A stretch of 64,000 bases of DNA from Octopus vulgaris. Taxonomy: Eukaryota. Location of the stretch: assembly GCA_951406725.2 (NCBI GenBank), contig OX597833.1:31682001-31746000 (forward strand), in the 5' to 3' direction. The position numbers and the translations under genes are program-made. Below are positions 41,348 through 53,786 of the stretch, piece after piece. The first letter of the stretch is position 1. Every line of letters begins with the position of its first letter. A model generated the notes under the pieces. That model saw only the letters and a list, made by a program, of their open reading frames with translations. It did not search any database and was not told the DNA's origin.

Positions 41348-41418
41348 TTTTTAAGGATTTATATATATATAATATCAGAGCTGTGGCCATGCTGATGCAC
41401 CACCATTTAGTAAAGAAA

Positions 41419-41468
41419 GGTACCTCTCGCATGCTAAGCGAGTGCTCTACCATCTGAGATAATTCCCC
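41419..41468 (-). pseudogene. tRNA-Ala(AGC) 5' fragment (50 nt)
   Basis: Reverse strand GGGGAATTATCTCAGATGGTAGAGCACTCGCTTAGCATGCGAGAGGTACC matches eukaryotic tRNA-Ala(AGC) through the anticodon arm. The T arm and 3' acceptor strand are missing. Confidence 0.8.
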
Positions 41469-41472
41469 CAGA

Positions 41473-41533
<61 letters not shown>

Positions 41534-41534
41534 G

Positions 41535-41565
<31 letters not shown>

Positions 41566-41608
41566 GTATATATATATGTATATATGTGTGTATATAAACA
41601 TAGGATAA

Positions 41609-41646
<38 letters not shown>

Positions 41647-41950
41647 TTATCCTATGGAGATGTGTATATATATATATGAATTATCCTATGTTTATCATCA
41701 GCATGGAAAATTCGATGAACCGATACCAGGGTAGCAAATTCACGTCAGAAATATGGTTGAAGCGACCTGTCCAAGTGTCCAAGGGTAGAAACTCCGTGTT
41801 CATGTGCAGAAATTTGTGTGTTATATATGAATAAATAAAAGAATGGAGTCGAACAAAGATGTTAACAAAATTCCTTTACTCTCGACATATGTTTCGAAGA
41901 CAACATGGTTTCATTCCAAAGGAATAAAGGGTGCAAGATGCAATCTTCTC

Positions 41951-42210
<260 letters not shown>

Positions 42211-43503
42211 CGAGGGGCGTTCAATAAGTAATGCCCCTGACCCACTTGCAGTTGTTTGATCTAACTGAAATTTTGCATGTGCAATTATTCATATCTCTAT
42301 AGATTAAGTAGCAAATTACACCTCTGAACTAATTGTGGTTTCTGATTTACAGGTGTTTGAACTGAGTCAAGTGTGAAATGGAGCCTGTTGAGTGTCGAGC
42401 AGTGATCCGGTTTTTGTATTTGAAAGGACGCACACCACAGGAGACTTTTCATGAAATGAAAGTAACTTATGGTGATGATGCCCCATCATATGACCTTGTA
42501 AAACGATGGCATCGTGGATTCAAACATGGTTGGAACTCTGTGGAAACAGCTCCCAGATCTGGTCGCCCCCACTTCTGCCATTGATGAGGCATCTGTCCGT
42601 CAAGTTGAGGCTACCATTTTGGAAGATCGACGCATAACTATTCACCAAATAGCCCATGAGGTCAAGATTAGTACCGGGTCTGTGGAAACTATCATTCATG
42701 ACCATTTGCATATGCAAAAGGTGTCTGCCAGATGGATTCCCAGGCTGCTCACACCTTTCCAGAAGCAAGAACGCGTCGAGTGCTTAAGGATGAATTTGGA
42801 GATGTGTCAAGAAGATGAGTCAAAATTTTTCAAAAGACTGATTGCACAGGATGAAACCTGGGTCCCTCACTATGATCCAGAGACCAAAGTCCAGTCAATG
42901 CAGTGGAAGCACCGTGATTCACCTCCTCCAAAGAAGGCAAGGGTGCAGCCCTCCGCTGGCAAGGTCATGCTCACAGTCTTCTAGGACCAAGACGAAGTAG
43001 GGATGACAGTTTTCCTGGCAAAGGGTACCACAATTATAGGAGCCTATTATGCTTCACTTTTGAGGAAATTAAGAGAAACTATCAAAATCAAGAGGCGGGG
43101 CAAGATCAGCAAAGGCATCCTCATCCTGCAGGACAACGCTCCGGTCTACAACTCGCTTGTCGCCAGATCAGAAGCACAGGCGTGCGGCTATGAACTCCTC
43201 CCCCATCCCACCTACTCTCCTGACCTTGCACCCTCTGATTTTCACCTCTTCCCAGCCATGAAGTTGTTTTTGAAAGGAAAGCGTTTCCCAGATGATGCAG
43301 CCTTGATTTCTGAAGTCACGTCGTGGTTGGAGGACCAAACTGGGTCTTCTACAAAAACGGTCTCCAGAGCTGCATCAAACGATGGGAGAAATGCGTAACT
43401 CTGGGTGGTTCCTATGTAGAAAAAGACTAATAACTTTGCCAAGTTTCGTTGCTCTACTGCTATGGGAAGTGGGTCAGGAGCATTACTTATTGAACGCCCC
43501 TCG
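42211..43503 (+). mobile_element. Full-length mariner (DD34D, irritans-like); transposase disrupted
   Basis: TA TSD and 37-bp TIRs CGAGGGGCGTTCAATAAGTAATGC(C/T)CCTGACCCACTT. Transposase 42378-43430 has WIPRLL, QDETW, QDNA and YSPDLAPSDF, with two frameshifts and one stop. Confidence 0.95.
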
Positions 43504-43505
43504 TA

Positions 43506-44615
43506 GGTGGTAGTAGCCAATGGGGCCACTTCCATTAACACGCAAATAGTGAGTGGTGTTCCGCAAGGCACTGTTTTGGGACCACTACTGTTCATAATGG
43601 CCCTCTCAGACATGCCCTCAGCCACGCAGAGAGCCACGATCACAAGTTATGCAGACGATACAAAAGTTTCACAGGCAATACAGAACCCTGAAGACATTAA
43701 GTACCTGCAATGTGAGCTGGACAAAATATACAAGTGGGCTGAAAAGAATAGCATGCAGTTCAATGCTGAAAAGTTTCAAGCTTTATGCTATCAGCATGCA
43801 AAACTAAATGCAATACCCAATAAATACACTGGACCTGGAGGGATTGCAATCCCAGAGGCACAATCAGTGTGAGACCTGGGTATTTACATGAGTGATGATG
43901 CAATCTTTCATGTGCATATTGCTAAAGTGGCAATGAAATGTAGGCAGCTGACCAGATGGATTCTTAGAACCTTTAGAACAAGAGACCAGGAAACCATGAT
44001 GGTCCTCTGGAGGACACTTGTCCTAAGCCACTTTGACTATTGCTCTCAGCTATGATCATCATCCAGAGTCAATTTAATCACGAAGATAGCCTCTGTGCAG
44101 CATATAAGCTACTGAGAAAGACTCAAGAGATTAAGACTCTATTCCTTAGAGTGTAGGCGAGAAAGATATGCCATAATATGCATCTGGAAGATCCTAGAAG
44201 GACTTGTCCCAAACTTTGGCATCGAGAGTTACACAAATGCCAGAACTGGGCGCCACTGCATAGTGCCAAGGACTCCAAATTTGCCATCATAATGTAGGAC
44301 AAGATACTGTGATAGCCTGGGCTTCAGAGGCCCACAGGTCTTCAATATCCTCCTGAAGAACCTGAGAGACCTGCATGGGGTGGATGCAGATGTCTTTAAA
44401 ATAAAACTGGATCTCTTCTTGTCAGGTGTCCCAGATGAACCAACTTCATGGCAGGAGGTGCAGATGAGGGCAGCTGCATCGAACTCTCTCATGCACCAAA
44501 TGGCAATTGCTAAAAAGCATTCGTGAAGTAAAATCATGTAGCAACACCAAATGGCGGTGCCCCAGCATGGCCACAGCTCGTGAGCTGAAACTAGATAAAG
44601 AAAGATAAAGATAAA
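43506..44615 (+). mobile_element. 5'-truncated CR1/L2-group LINE, related to 40078-41347
   Basis: SGVPQGTVLGPLLF, YADDTK and WAEKNSMQFNAEKF motifs. 3' tail GGCGGTGCCCCAGCATGGCCACAGCTCGTGAGCTGAAAC followed by (GATAAA)n. Confidence 0.9.
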
Positions 44616-44883
44616 GATATATATATGAAAAAACAAGTCAAGATAGAAAATGCTAAAATAATTTTATAAAGAACATTTCAGTACCGGTTTCGGTCATTTG
44701 AGACCTTTTCAACTGTAACTATTAAATAATTGAATTTAGAAAAATTAAAAGAAAAGTTTTTCTAAATTAAATTATTTAATAGTTACAGTTGAAAAAGTCT
44801 CAAATGACCGAAACCCGTACTGAAATGTTCTTTATAACATTATTTTAGCATTTTCTATCTTGACTTGTTTTTTCATATATATC
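44616..44883. repeat. Palindrome with about 128-bp arms, each carrying a hammerhead-like motif
   Basis: Arms 44616-44744 and 44757-44883 are reverse complements with few mismatches. Confidence 0.92.
44679..44715 (-). ncRNA. Minimal type I hammerhead ribozyme-like motif, U3-A8 core variant
   Basis: CAG-TTGAAAA-GGTC-TCAAAT-GACC-GAAA-CCGG-TA-CTG. The mirror copy at 44786-44822 (+) has two substitutions. Confidence 0.7.
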
Positions 44884-44905
44884 AACTCGTATGTCCCTTT
44901 TCATC

Positions 44906-44986
<81 letters not shown>

Positions 44987-45229
44987 CTGCATCCATCTAT
45001 ATATCTTATATATAATGATGGATTCTCTTGGTATGAATGACAAATGAGGGTTCAGTAAAATAGTGTTGATCATGTTCTAGGGACATGGTGTCTCTTGAGA
45101 CCTGCTGGTGCTTTTCAAACCTTTTGGCAAATGGAACAAATTGAAAACTCAAGTTTGCTTGAGTGCTCGTGGATTATTTACTATGTGTTTTCTTGAGTGC
45201 ATGGCAAGGCCTACTTTGCTTTGTGCTAC

Positions 45230-47500
45230 AAAACAACAATGATGAGTAAGGTTTACATGTAGAAGAGCAGCGTTTTGCCAGCATGCCTTCATACTTGTAG
45301 GAAGTCGGTCCCGATGTTGGAGTCAACTTTACTCAAATCTTTGAACTGAGGAGGAGCTGGACTGGCACCAGATCCGGTGTTCTGTTGCTTTGTTTCCCGA
45401 GGAAGAAAAAGGAATGGTGCATTGCTTCAAATTGTCTTTGAAGCACAAGAGTGGCCTTCTGTTGGGAATTGGCCAAATAGAAGTTGCTTTGGAATTCCGA
45501 TATCACTCACATGTGAAAGATGACCTGACCATCTAAACTGAATTTTGATGAGGATGGCTTTAGTACCCGATAAGTTGCTACCTCACTGTTATGAATATGG
45601 TCACTTAGTTTTATGTTGGAGATGATACACAAACATTGCATATGAAAAGCTTTAAGCTGGTTGGTATGCTTTTCATATGAAGTCCATGATTCATCACCAT
45701 AAAGCAATTTTGTCAAAATCACTGACTTTCACCTTCGACAATATGTCCTGTCTGTTCCAAAGCCTATGATGAAGCTTACCAAAAGCCGAACTAGCCTTCC
45801 TAATTCTGGGCTCAATTTCTTTATCCATCTTAGCATCATTAGACACAATGGAACCAAGATAAGTGAAGGAAGAAACAGTTTTTAATGCTTTCCCATCAAC
45901 ATATACAGTAGGAACAACAGTGGGAAAATGGTCACGAATGGGCTGATGGACAAACTCAGTTTTCTTGATATTGATGGTAAGACCAAAATCCTTTGATGCA
46001 AGTGAGTTGTTTAGAATCCATTACATGTCCTCAACAGTGTGTGCTACATGTGCACAATCATCTGTGAAGAGCTAATGTTGAACTGTTTGCACCAAAGTCT
46101 TAGTTTTTGCTTTAAAATGCTGTTGGTTGAACAAGCCACCACCAGTTCTGTACTCAAACTTTACTCATTCTTTAACACCCTTGAACGCTGATTCCAACAT
46201 GATGGAGAAATACAAAGCAAATAAGAGTGGTGCAAGAACACAGTCTTGTTTTGTCCCAATTGAGACTGTGAATAAATCAAACACTGCCCTGCTAGATCTG
46301 ACAGAAGCCATTATCCGTTCATGGAAAGAAATGATGACATTGAGCATCTCTTTGGGAACACCTAGCTTTCTAAGGACAACCTAAAGAGCATCCCTAGATA
46401 TGGTATTGAAAGCTTTAGTTAGATGTACAAAAGTTACAAAAAGGTTTTGGTTGTGCTCATGAGCCTTTCCCTGCAGCTGTCTTAGGCTAAAAATCATATC
46501 CACTATACCTATACCAGCCCAAAATCCACACAGATTCAGGCAACACTAAGCATCATTTAATCTGTTTAAGATAACTCATCTGAGGATCTTTTTGGCAACA
46601 CACAAAAGAGAAATACCTCTATGGTTGTCACATTCACATTTGTTGCCTATGTGCTTATAAATCTGGACAATAGATTCCCAGATTAAGAGATCACATGACT
46701 TGTTCAGCAGGGGACTGCTACCACATTTATATATCTTGGCTGGTATGCAATCATTCCGGACAACTTTCCATTTGAGAGCTGTTTTATGGCCTACTTTTAT
46801 TTTTATCTCAGCATTTGATGGAGCAGCTGAGAGTTCTTCAAGGGCAGGCCTCTGTAGTAGGTTCTTCAACAATTGAGTTTATATTCAGAACATTTGAAAA
46901 ATGCTCTGTCCAACATTTTGTGATCTTTTTATCTGTCAGAAGATTACCCTCCATTGAAAGTATGGAAGTTGAGCCACCAGACACAGGTCCAAAAACGAGA
47001 GATGTTTGGATCACTTGAGTCGAACCAATCTTGGTGTTTCCTCTTAACATAGCCGGGTGTTTCACAAGATGACTCAAATACAACATTTTTAAAAGCAGAC
47101 CATTCAGTATCTATATTGTCTGAGATGCCAGCAAGTTTGTTGTCACAGTTTGTTTGAAATGAGGTTAAATTGTCATTGCTCCTCAGCTTTGTCATGTCCA
47201 CTTTTCAAATTGGTTAAATGTGATTGTTACAAATAGGACTGCAGATAGTAAAATTCACCTTTGATCATATCAGTCTATGATCAGACCAACACTCCCCAAT
47301 GAAGAAAGAATATGTTACTTGGACATCTTCCCTCATGGAAGATGTCATGTTTATGAAATCAATGAGGTGATAATGGTTTGATTGGGGATGCTTCCAGTTA
47401 GTTTTGTGGTGTTTGGGGAGTTGGAAAATAGTATTGGTAATCAAAAGTCCATACTCACTGCATAGTATTCAAATACAAGGGGCATTTTCCTTGTTTCTAC
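45230..47500 (-). mobile_element. Degraded RTE-BovB-like LINE
   Basis: KRKHQDWFD, CDNHRGISLL, GTKQDCVLAPLLFALYF and LLYGDESWT...LKAFHMQCL motifs. Distinct from the (GAT)n-tailed RTE family. Confidence 0.85.
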
Positions 47501-47577
47501 TTGTCTCTCTCTCTCTTGTTTACTCTTGTGGGTTTGAGGTCATTGTAAATTCTTGGCAGAGAAGAAGAAAACCACTA

Positions 47578-49084
47578 TCATCATCATCATATAAAGTCCG
47601 TTGTCCATGCTCGCATGGGTTGGACTGTTTGACGGGGCTGGCATGCTGGAAGGCTGCACCAGACTCCAGTCTGATTTGGCATGTTTTTTTACAGCTGGAT
47701 ACCCTTCCTAATACTAACCACTCCTGGGTGCTTCTACATGTCACTGGCACTGGTGCCATTTGCATGACACCAGTATCTGCCATGACTGCGATTTTGCTTG
47801 GCTTGATGGGTCTTCTCAAGCACAACATAATGTCAAAGGTCTCAGTCATTGCCTCCATGAGGCCAAATGCTCAAAAGGAACTCAGCCACTTTTCCCCCAT
47901 GAAGCCCAGTGCTTGGAAGGAACTCAGCCACTTTGTCTCCATGTGACTCAATGCTTGAAAGGTGTTCTTTACATGCCACCAGCACAGGAGTGAGTTACTA
48001 GGACTATGATTTCACTTGGCTTGATGGATGAGATTTTGCATCAGCCACAGATTTGGTTTGTAGCACTCAGCAAGCTGCCCCTCAGGAGTTTCCAGTTGGC
48101 CTCTATGTCATAAGTCTGTAGCTCCTCCTCCCTTTCAACAAATTTTTCAATTGAGATATCTGTAAATCTGTGACCATGTGAAGGTTCCTTAAGCTTCCAA
48201 ATCCTTCTTTTTCCAATTGGTTTACTTCTTGGCATCCTTCTAGCCTGGAGTCTAAAGTCACTCATGATTAGTTTATGCTGTGCGGGGGGGGGGGGGTACA
48301 TTCTTCACCAGTGAGGGTCTTTGTATTTAGGAGCAACCATGCATCTTGCTGTCTGGTAAGAATGTAATTGATCTGACTTGCACAGACACCTGATTGGTGT
48401 GTTATCAGGTGACTGGCTGACTTCCTGAAGTTGGTTTTGCAAATCAGAAGGTTATTTGCATCACAGAACTCCAGTAGCCTTGTTCTCTCTTCATTTTGGA
48501 ATCCAATTCCATGGCCCTCATGCACACCATGGAAGATTCCAGGCTGCGGTCTGACATGTCCATTGAAATTCCCAGCCACAAAGAGGAGATCATTGTCACT
48601 TGTTTGAGGTAGCCTGCAGAAGAATATCATAAAAGTGGTCCTTCACTTAATTTGGTAGGCCTGCTTGAGGGACATAGGCAGAGATAATTGTCACTATACT
48701 ATTCAGTAAGACTAGACTAAGCTTAAGCACTCTATCACACACTCTGACTACCTCTATGACCTTATCCACCCATTTCTCTGCAAGAAGTATACCCACACCA
48801 TCTACCCCGTTACTCTTACCTTTCCAGAAGATTTTATACCTATGTGTCTTGCCTGTGAGGTACCTGGCTGAAGCTCTTCTCCACCTTACATCTTGGATGC
48901 AACATATATCAACAAGCCTCCATTCAAGCATCTCAATGATCTCACTAGACCTACCTTTCAATGTTCCTACATTGATAGTGCCAACTCTGAAAACTTGGAA
49001 AGAGATGTGGGAAGGAACATGGGAAGGAGTGATGTTATTTAGCACTTGAAAAAAAGGTTTCTGTGATTGTTTGGTAACAGACAT
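47578..49084 (-). mobile_element. Internally deleted RTE LINE (endonuclease region joined to 3'UTR)
   Basis: APE ORFs at 48647-49084, 48268-48630 and 48041-48301 are directly followed by RTE 3'UTR and a (GAT)n tail at about 47578-48030. Confidence 0.85.
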
Positions 49085-50516
49085 TTTACATCAGTTGTTC
49101 TCTTACTTTAACCTACCATCATTCAAAAATGTTAAAATGTGTTGCCCCTATTGGCAGGGGGTGAGTGCAATGTAAGCATTGTAAATATAAGTGTAATGAG
49201 TGTTGTAAATATAAGCATTACTACAGCAAATATAATACATAATAAAACGCAATTTGTCCTGTTGGTCATGCTATGGAATGAAGAGTAAATAAACAAATGG
49301 AGTGAAGTGGTTAACAGTGAGAGACACTGAAAGGCAGGTGAACAGCATTCAAAGGTTTTATTTTGAAGATGGTGATATTTTAATCAAACTAAAACTGCGA
49401 AATTTTTATAACTTGTATTTACTTCATCAGTTTCACACACACCCATAAATATATACATGAAATTAAATATGAAACACTTTTGTTTTCAAAATATCATTGT
49501 TCACATATATATATAAATGTTATGTGAACAATAATAAATATATGATGGCCTCTCAGTGAAAGGTGATGTATGAGAGTGTTCAGTTTTTACCAAATGACCT
49601 GCACAAATGATTCATTTCTTGTGACTAAATGCTTGTGACACACATTAGATCACTCTCTCTGTCAAATTATCTGAACAGGTGCAAATGAGATTTTTTTTTC
49701 TTTGCATAATCTAAGAATCTCCATGTGTAGAACACAGATTCATAAAAGTTTCCGAAAATTCCAAAAACTTAAAAAGTTACAATGGGTTATATGGTGTGAT
49801 TAAACCAGATTTCTGCCACAGGGTGTATATCAATACACTCTGTAAATGTTTAAATGCTAACAACAAACAATATTTCCAATTGCATAATGTATACAATTGG
49901 AAAAATCATACAAAAAATGCACATGGAAACATCACTTGCACCATGTAAACTGATGTTATGAAATACAAACTCAGTTATCAGCCCCTGTCCACTATTGTAT
50001 GGAAAATAAAAATCAGAAAATACATGCATTGCCAAAAGCAGCACTATACACTTTTTGTCCATTTACACAAGTTCCACATTCATAAGCACTACTAGACTAC
50101 AAATTCATGAAATCTAAGTTTCATGAAAATGGAAAGGAGAGGTAAAAAACAAAAAAACAGGAATCAACTAGCAACGTTGCATTGTTATTGCATGTGTTGT
50201 TGGCATGCTGGATGTTGAGTGAGCTACTGAGTATCACTGCACTCACTTTTCAATGGATGCCTAAACAGGATAGCGAACATGATTAACACAAGATTGATCA
50301 CATGAGCATTTGTGGACCATGAGGCAGTCACCAGATTCTGATTTTATTGTATTCTCAAGATTAATGTATATTAATCTCAATTATTTCTGTTTAATTTTTT
50401 TATGTCAAGAGAAAATGCTTTTAAAAGTGGAAATATTTATAAATTCCAGGGTAATATAATAAATAATTTTGATACATAATGGCATTTAAACTTACAATAC
50501 ATACATAATATATATA

Positions 50517-52128
50517 TCTCTTATTATAAAAGGCAGATTTTATCTGCCTCCCTTTGGGAGTTATAGAAATCTACAATATAGGATTTCTTCAATTACAATT
50601 TACCTAGCATTTTTAAGAGTAGAATGCATCGGGTCATGCCAGGTCCAGTTTTTAAAATTTAAACTCCAATTAAGCAAAATTTACAGAAAACTCACATTCT
50701 GGTGTGTGTGTCAAATGCTTTTCTTAGTCTGGTTTACACCACACGCAAACGCACACACACAGTGTGCAACGAATAAACTGAAAGTAAATAGCGACAGAGT
50801 GATTTGAGGAAGACTAAACTGAAAGTATTTAAACCACTACTCAAAAAATAAAAAAAACACAGCAAACAGAAACAAATAAATACATAACGATTTACTCCTC
50901 ACACAATTTCTTCAATTAGAGTGTACCCATGATTTTTCAGAGTACTTAAGTGGGTGATGCCATAAAAAATTTCTTTCAATTTTACCACCAATTAAGACAA
51001 AATTTGAGAAAACTCAATATTTTAACATATCACTCCGAAAGCATTGATGTACATGTGTGTGTGCGTGAGTGTGTGTGTGTCATTCCTCACACACACGCAT
51101 ACACATACATATACAACTACATACAACTACATACACATACAACTACATACAAACAAGTGTGTGTTTGTTATTAAAAAAGGCGCCAAAACACAACTCACTT
51201 ATCATTCCAACACATTTGCAAAGACACACGGATGGACAGAAAAGGTAAATTGGTTTTTATTTTACTCTGTATATATTTTATTATATAATATTATATATAG
51301 ATATATGTATATATAATTGCAGTATGAAACAGTGTTTATGTATAAACAGACGACACTTATATATAGTTATTATAATAAGAGATTAATAAATGTATGCATC
51401 CGTTTAACCCTTTCGTTACCAAGCCGCCCGAATTTACCTATTCATATTTAAATGAGAATATCAGAGTAAATCTCTTTAGTACATTCGTGAAAACACGTAT
51501 TATACTTCGTAAACACTTCAACTACAGTTTTGTACAAAAATCGAAGTGTAATTTTAATTCCGTGAATTATGGGAGATTTTTTTCCGAAATTTGTTCCTAT
51601 TGTGTTTTCAAAATTTGTAATTCTGACAAAAAATGGATACGAATTTCATTATATCAAGCAGCGAGTCAGAATTCGAAGGATTTTCTACTGAAGACCTTCA
51701 TAAATCTAACTCTATGACTGAAAAAAAAAAGCATCTTTATATAAGAGTGAAGTTGTGTGTCTGTCTCCTACGATTTAGATTCCTAACTACTCCCACATTT
51801 TGCGGTGCAGTTTAACCAAAAGCGGGTATCTTATAGTCGTGATTCATATCGAGCCCTTCTGGGTATTAGCGTGCGTCTACGATGAGTCTACGATTTAAAA
51901 AAAATTTACCATCATATTTTTCCATTTTAATGCATTTTTTTCGCTTTTATATAAGGGAAGTAACTCTCTAAAAATATCTACGATGTGTCAACGATTTAAA
52001 AAAAAATTTACCTTAATTTTTTTTCAATTTTTAATGCATTTTTTTGCTATTTTTTGGCTATAACTCTCTAAAAATGCTTATATAGTTATTTCCCTTACAA
52101 CCCGAGCAACGCCGGGCGATACTGCTAG
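50517..52128 (+). mobile_element. Composite non-autonomous Helitron
   Basis: 5' A|TCTCTTATTATAAAA at 50517 and a second 5' end A|TCTTTATATAA...GTGTGTCTGTC at 51734. 3' hairpin CCCGAGCAACGCCGGG (52101-52116) and CTAG|T ending at 52128. Confidence 0.8.
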
Positions 52129-52270
52129 TATATATATATAACAATTAAGGATAACTTCTTAATAAGGAATCTTAACAAGAAATTATCAGGTAGTTAGTGT
52201 AAAAACCTCATAAAAGAAAAGAATTCGAAAATAATTTTTTTCTTTTGAACAAATTAATTATATCTATATT

Positions 52271-52732
52271 TTATAGAGGGCATTATTACACATAAATGCC
52301 TCACACTAAGAGGGACAAAGTCATTACTACCAAAATTACACTAATCATACCTAAATGCAGTTCTTCAAAGCAAGACATTTAAAAAATGAATTTAGTTCTG
52401 TATCACCGTGATTTCACATTTAACTTACGTCTATGATCCTCAGCAGAACTGATTCTGAACACATCATAAATAAACCACCAACCTTACCTAGCGAAGACGA
52501 ACAGACATCTATTCACTCCGGCCAAGCACATGGAATGTTTATAAATCATATATCCGGTAAATGGGATCATAGACGTAAGTTAAATGTGAAATCACGGTGA
52601 TACAGAACTAAATTCATTTTTTAAATGTCTTGCTTTGAAGAACTGCATTTAGGTATGATTAGTGTAATTTTGGTAGTAATGACTTTGTCCCTCTTAGTGT
52701 GAGGCATTTATGTGTAATAATGCCCTCTATAA
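52271..52732. repeat. 169-bp inverted repeat with 124-bp spacer
   Basis: Arms 52271-52439 and 52564-52732 appear to be exact reverse complements and are flanked by TA-rich sequence. Confidence 0.95.
52395..52449 (-). ncRNA. Type I hammerhead ribozyme-like motif, canonical core
   Basis: GTTCTG-CTGAGGA-(TCAT...ATGT, weak stem II)-GAAA-TCAC-G-GTGA-TA-CAGAAC. The 6-bp stem I is perfect. Confidence 0.7.
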
Positions 52733-52887
52733 TATATATATATATATATATATATGTGCCCAATAAGATTGAAGTGCACATTTCACACTCTGACTTGAAA
52801 ATAGGTTCGGTGAAGTTGTGATAAAAGGTAGATTTAAAAATCAATCAAGGTGATTTTAATGTATATATATATATATATATATATATA

Positions 52888-53731
52888 CTAGCCTAAGGTG
52901 ACCCACTCTACGCGCAGGTAAGAGTGTGGTTATTACTTTCTGTTTCTTATCACCACATTCTCCCTCTTTGTTTCTCTCTCCTTTCTCTCTCACTTTCTCA
53001 CTCTTGTCACCAAAGAATGTATATATATTGTCACCAAAGAATGTATATATATGTATTGTAGTACTCTGTGACAACCAATATTCTGTGCGTGTTTGAATAT
53101 ACAGATACAATACCAAACTTTTACATGTTACTTTTGACATTCTTTTTCCAAAGAGTGAAACTGGTAAAGTAAATAAACATCTTTTAAAATTGCATTTTCA
53201 AGCCGTCTTTCGTATATATATGTATACTAGCTTAAGGTCACCTGCCCTACGCGCGGGTAAGAGTGTGGTTGTTACTTTCTGTTGTTTCCATTTGGCACGT
53301 AAAAAGCACCGATGGCAGCGCCGCCTTGACTGCCTTCTGTGCCGGTGGCACGTAAAAAGCACCAACTGATTGTGGCTGGTGCCAGCCACCCCCCGGCACC
53401 TGTGCTGGTGGCACAAAAAAAGCACCCACTACACTCACGGAGTGGTTGGCGTTAGGAAGGGCATCCAGCTGTAGAAACACTGCCAGATCAGACTGGAGAC
53501 TGGTGAAGCCTCCTGGCTTCCCAGACCCCAGTCAAACCGTCCAACTCATGTTAGCACGGAAAACAGACGTTAAACGATGATGACGATGATGATGATTCTC
53601 CCTCTTTGTTTCTCTCTTACTCTTCCTTTCTCTCATACTCTCCCTTGCTTTCTCATACTCTCTATCTTTATCTATCACTTTTAACATAGGTGTGCATATT
53701 TTCAGCTCAACCGACCACATAATGCATACAT

Positions 53732-53786
<55 letters not shown>

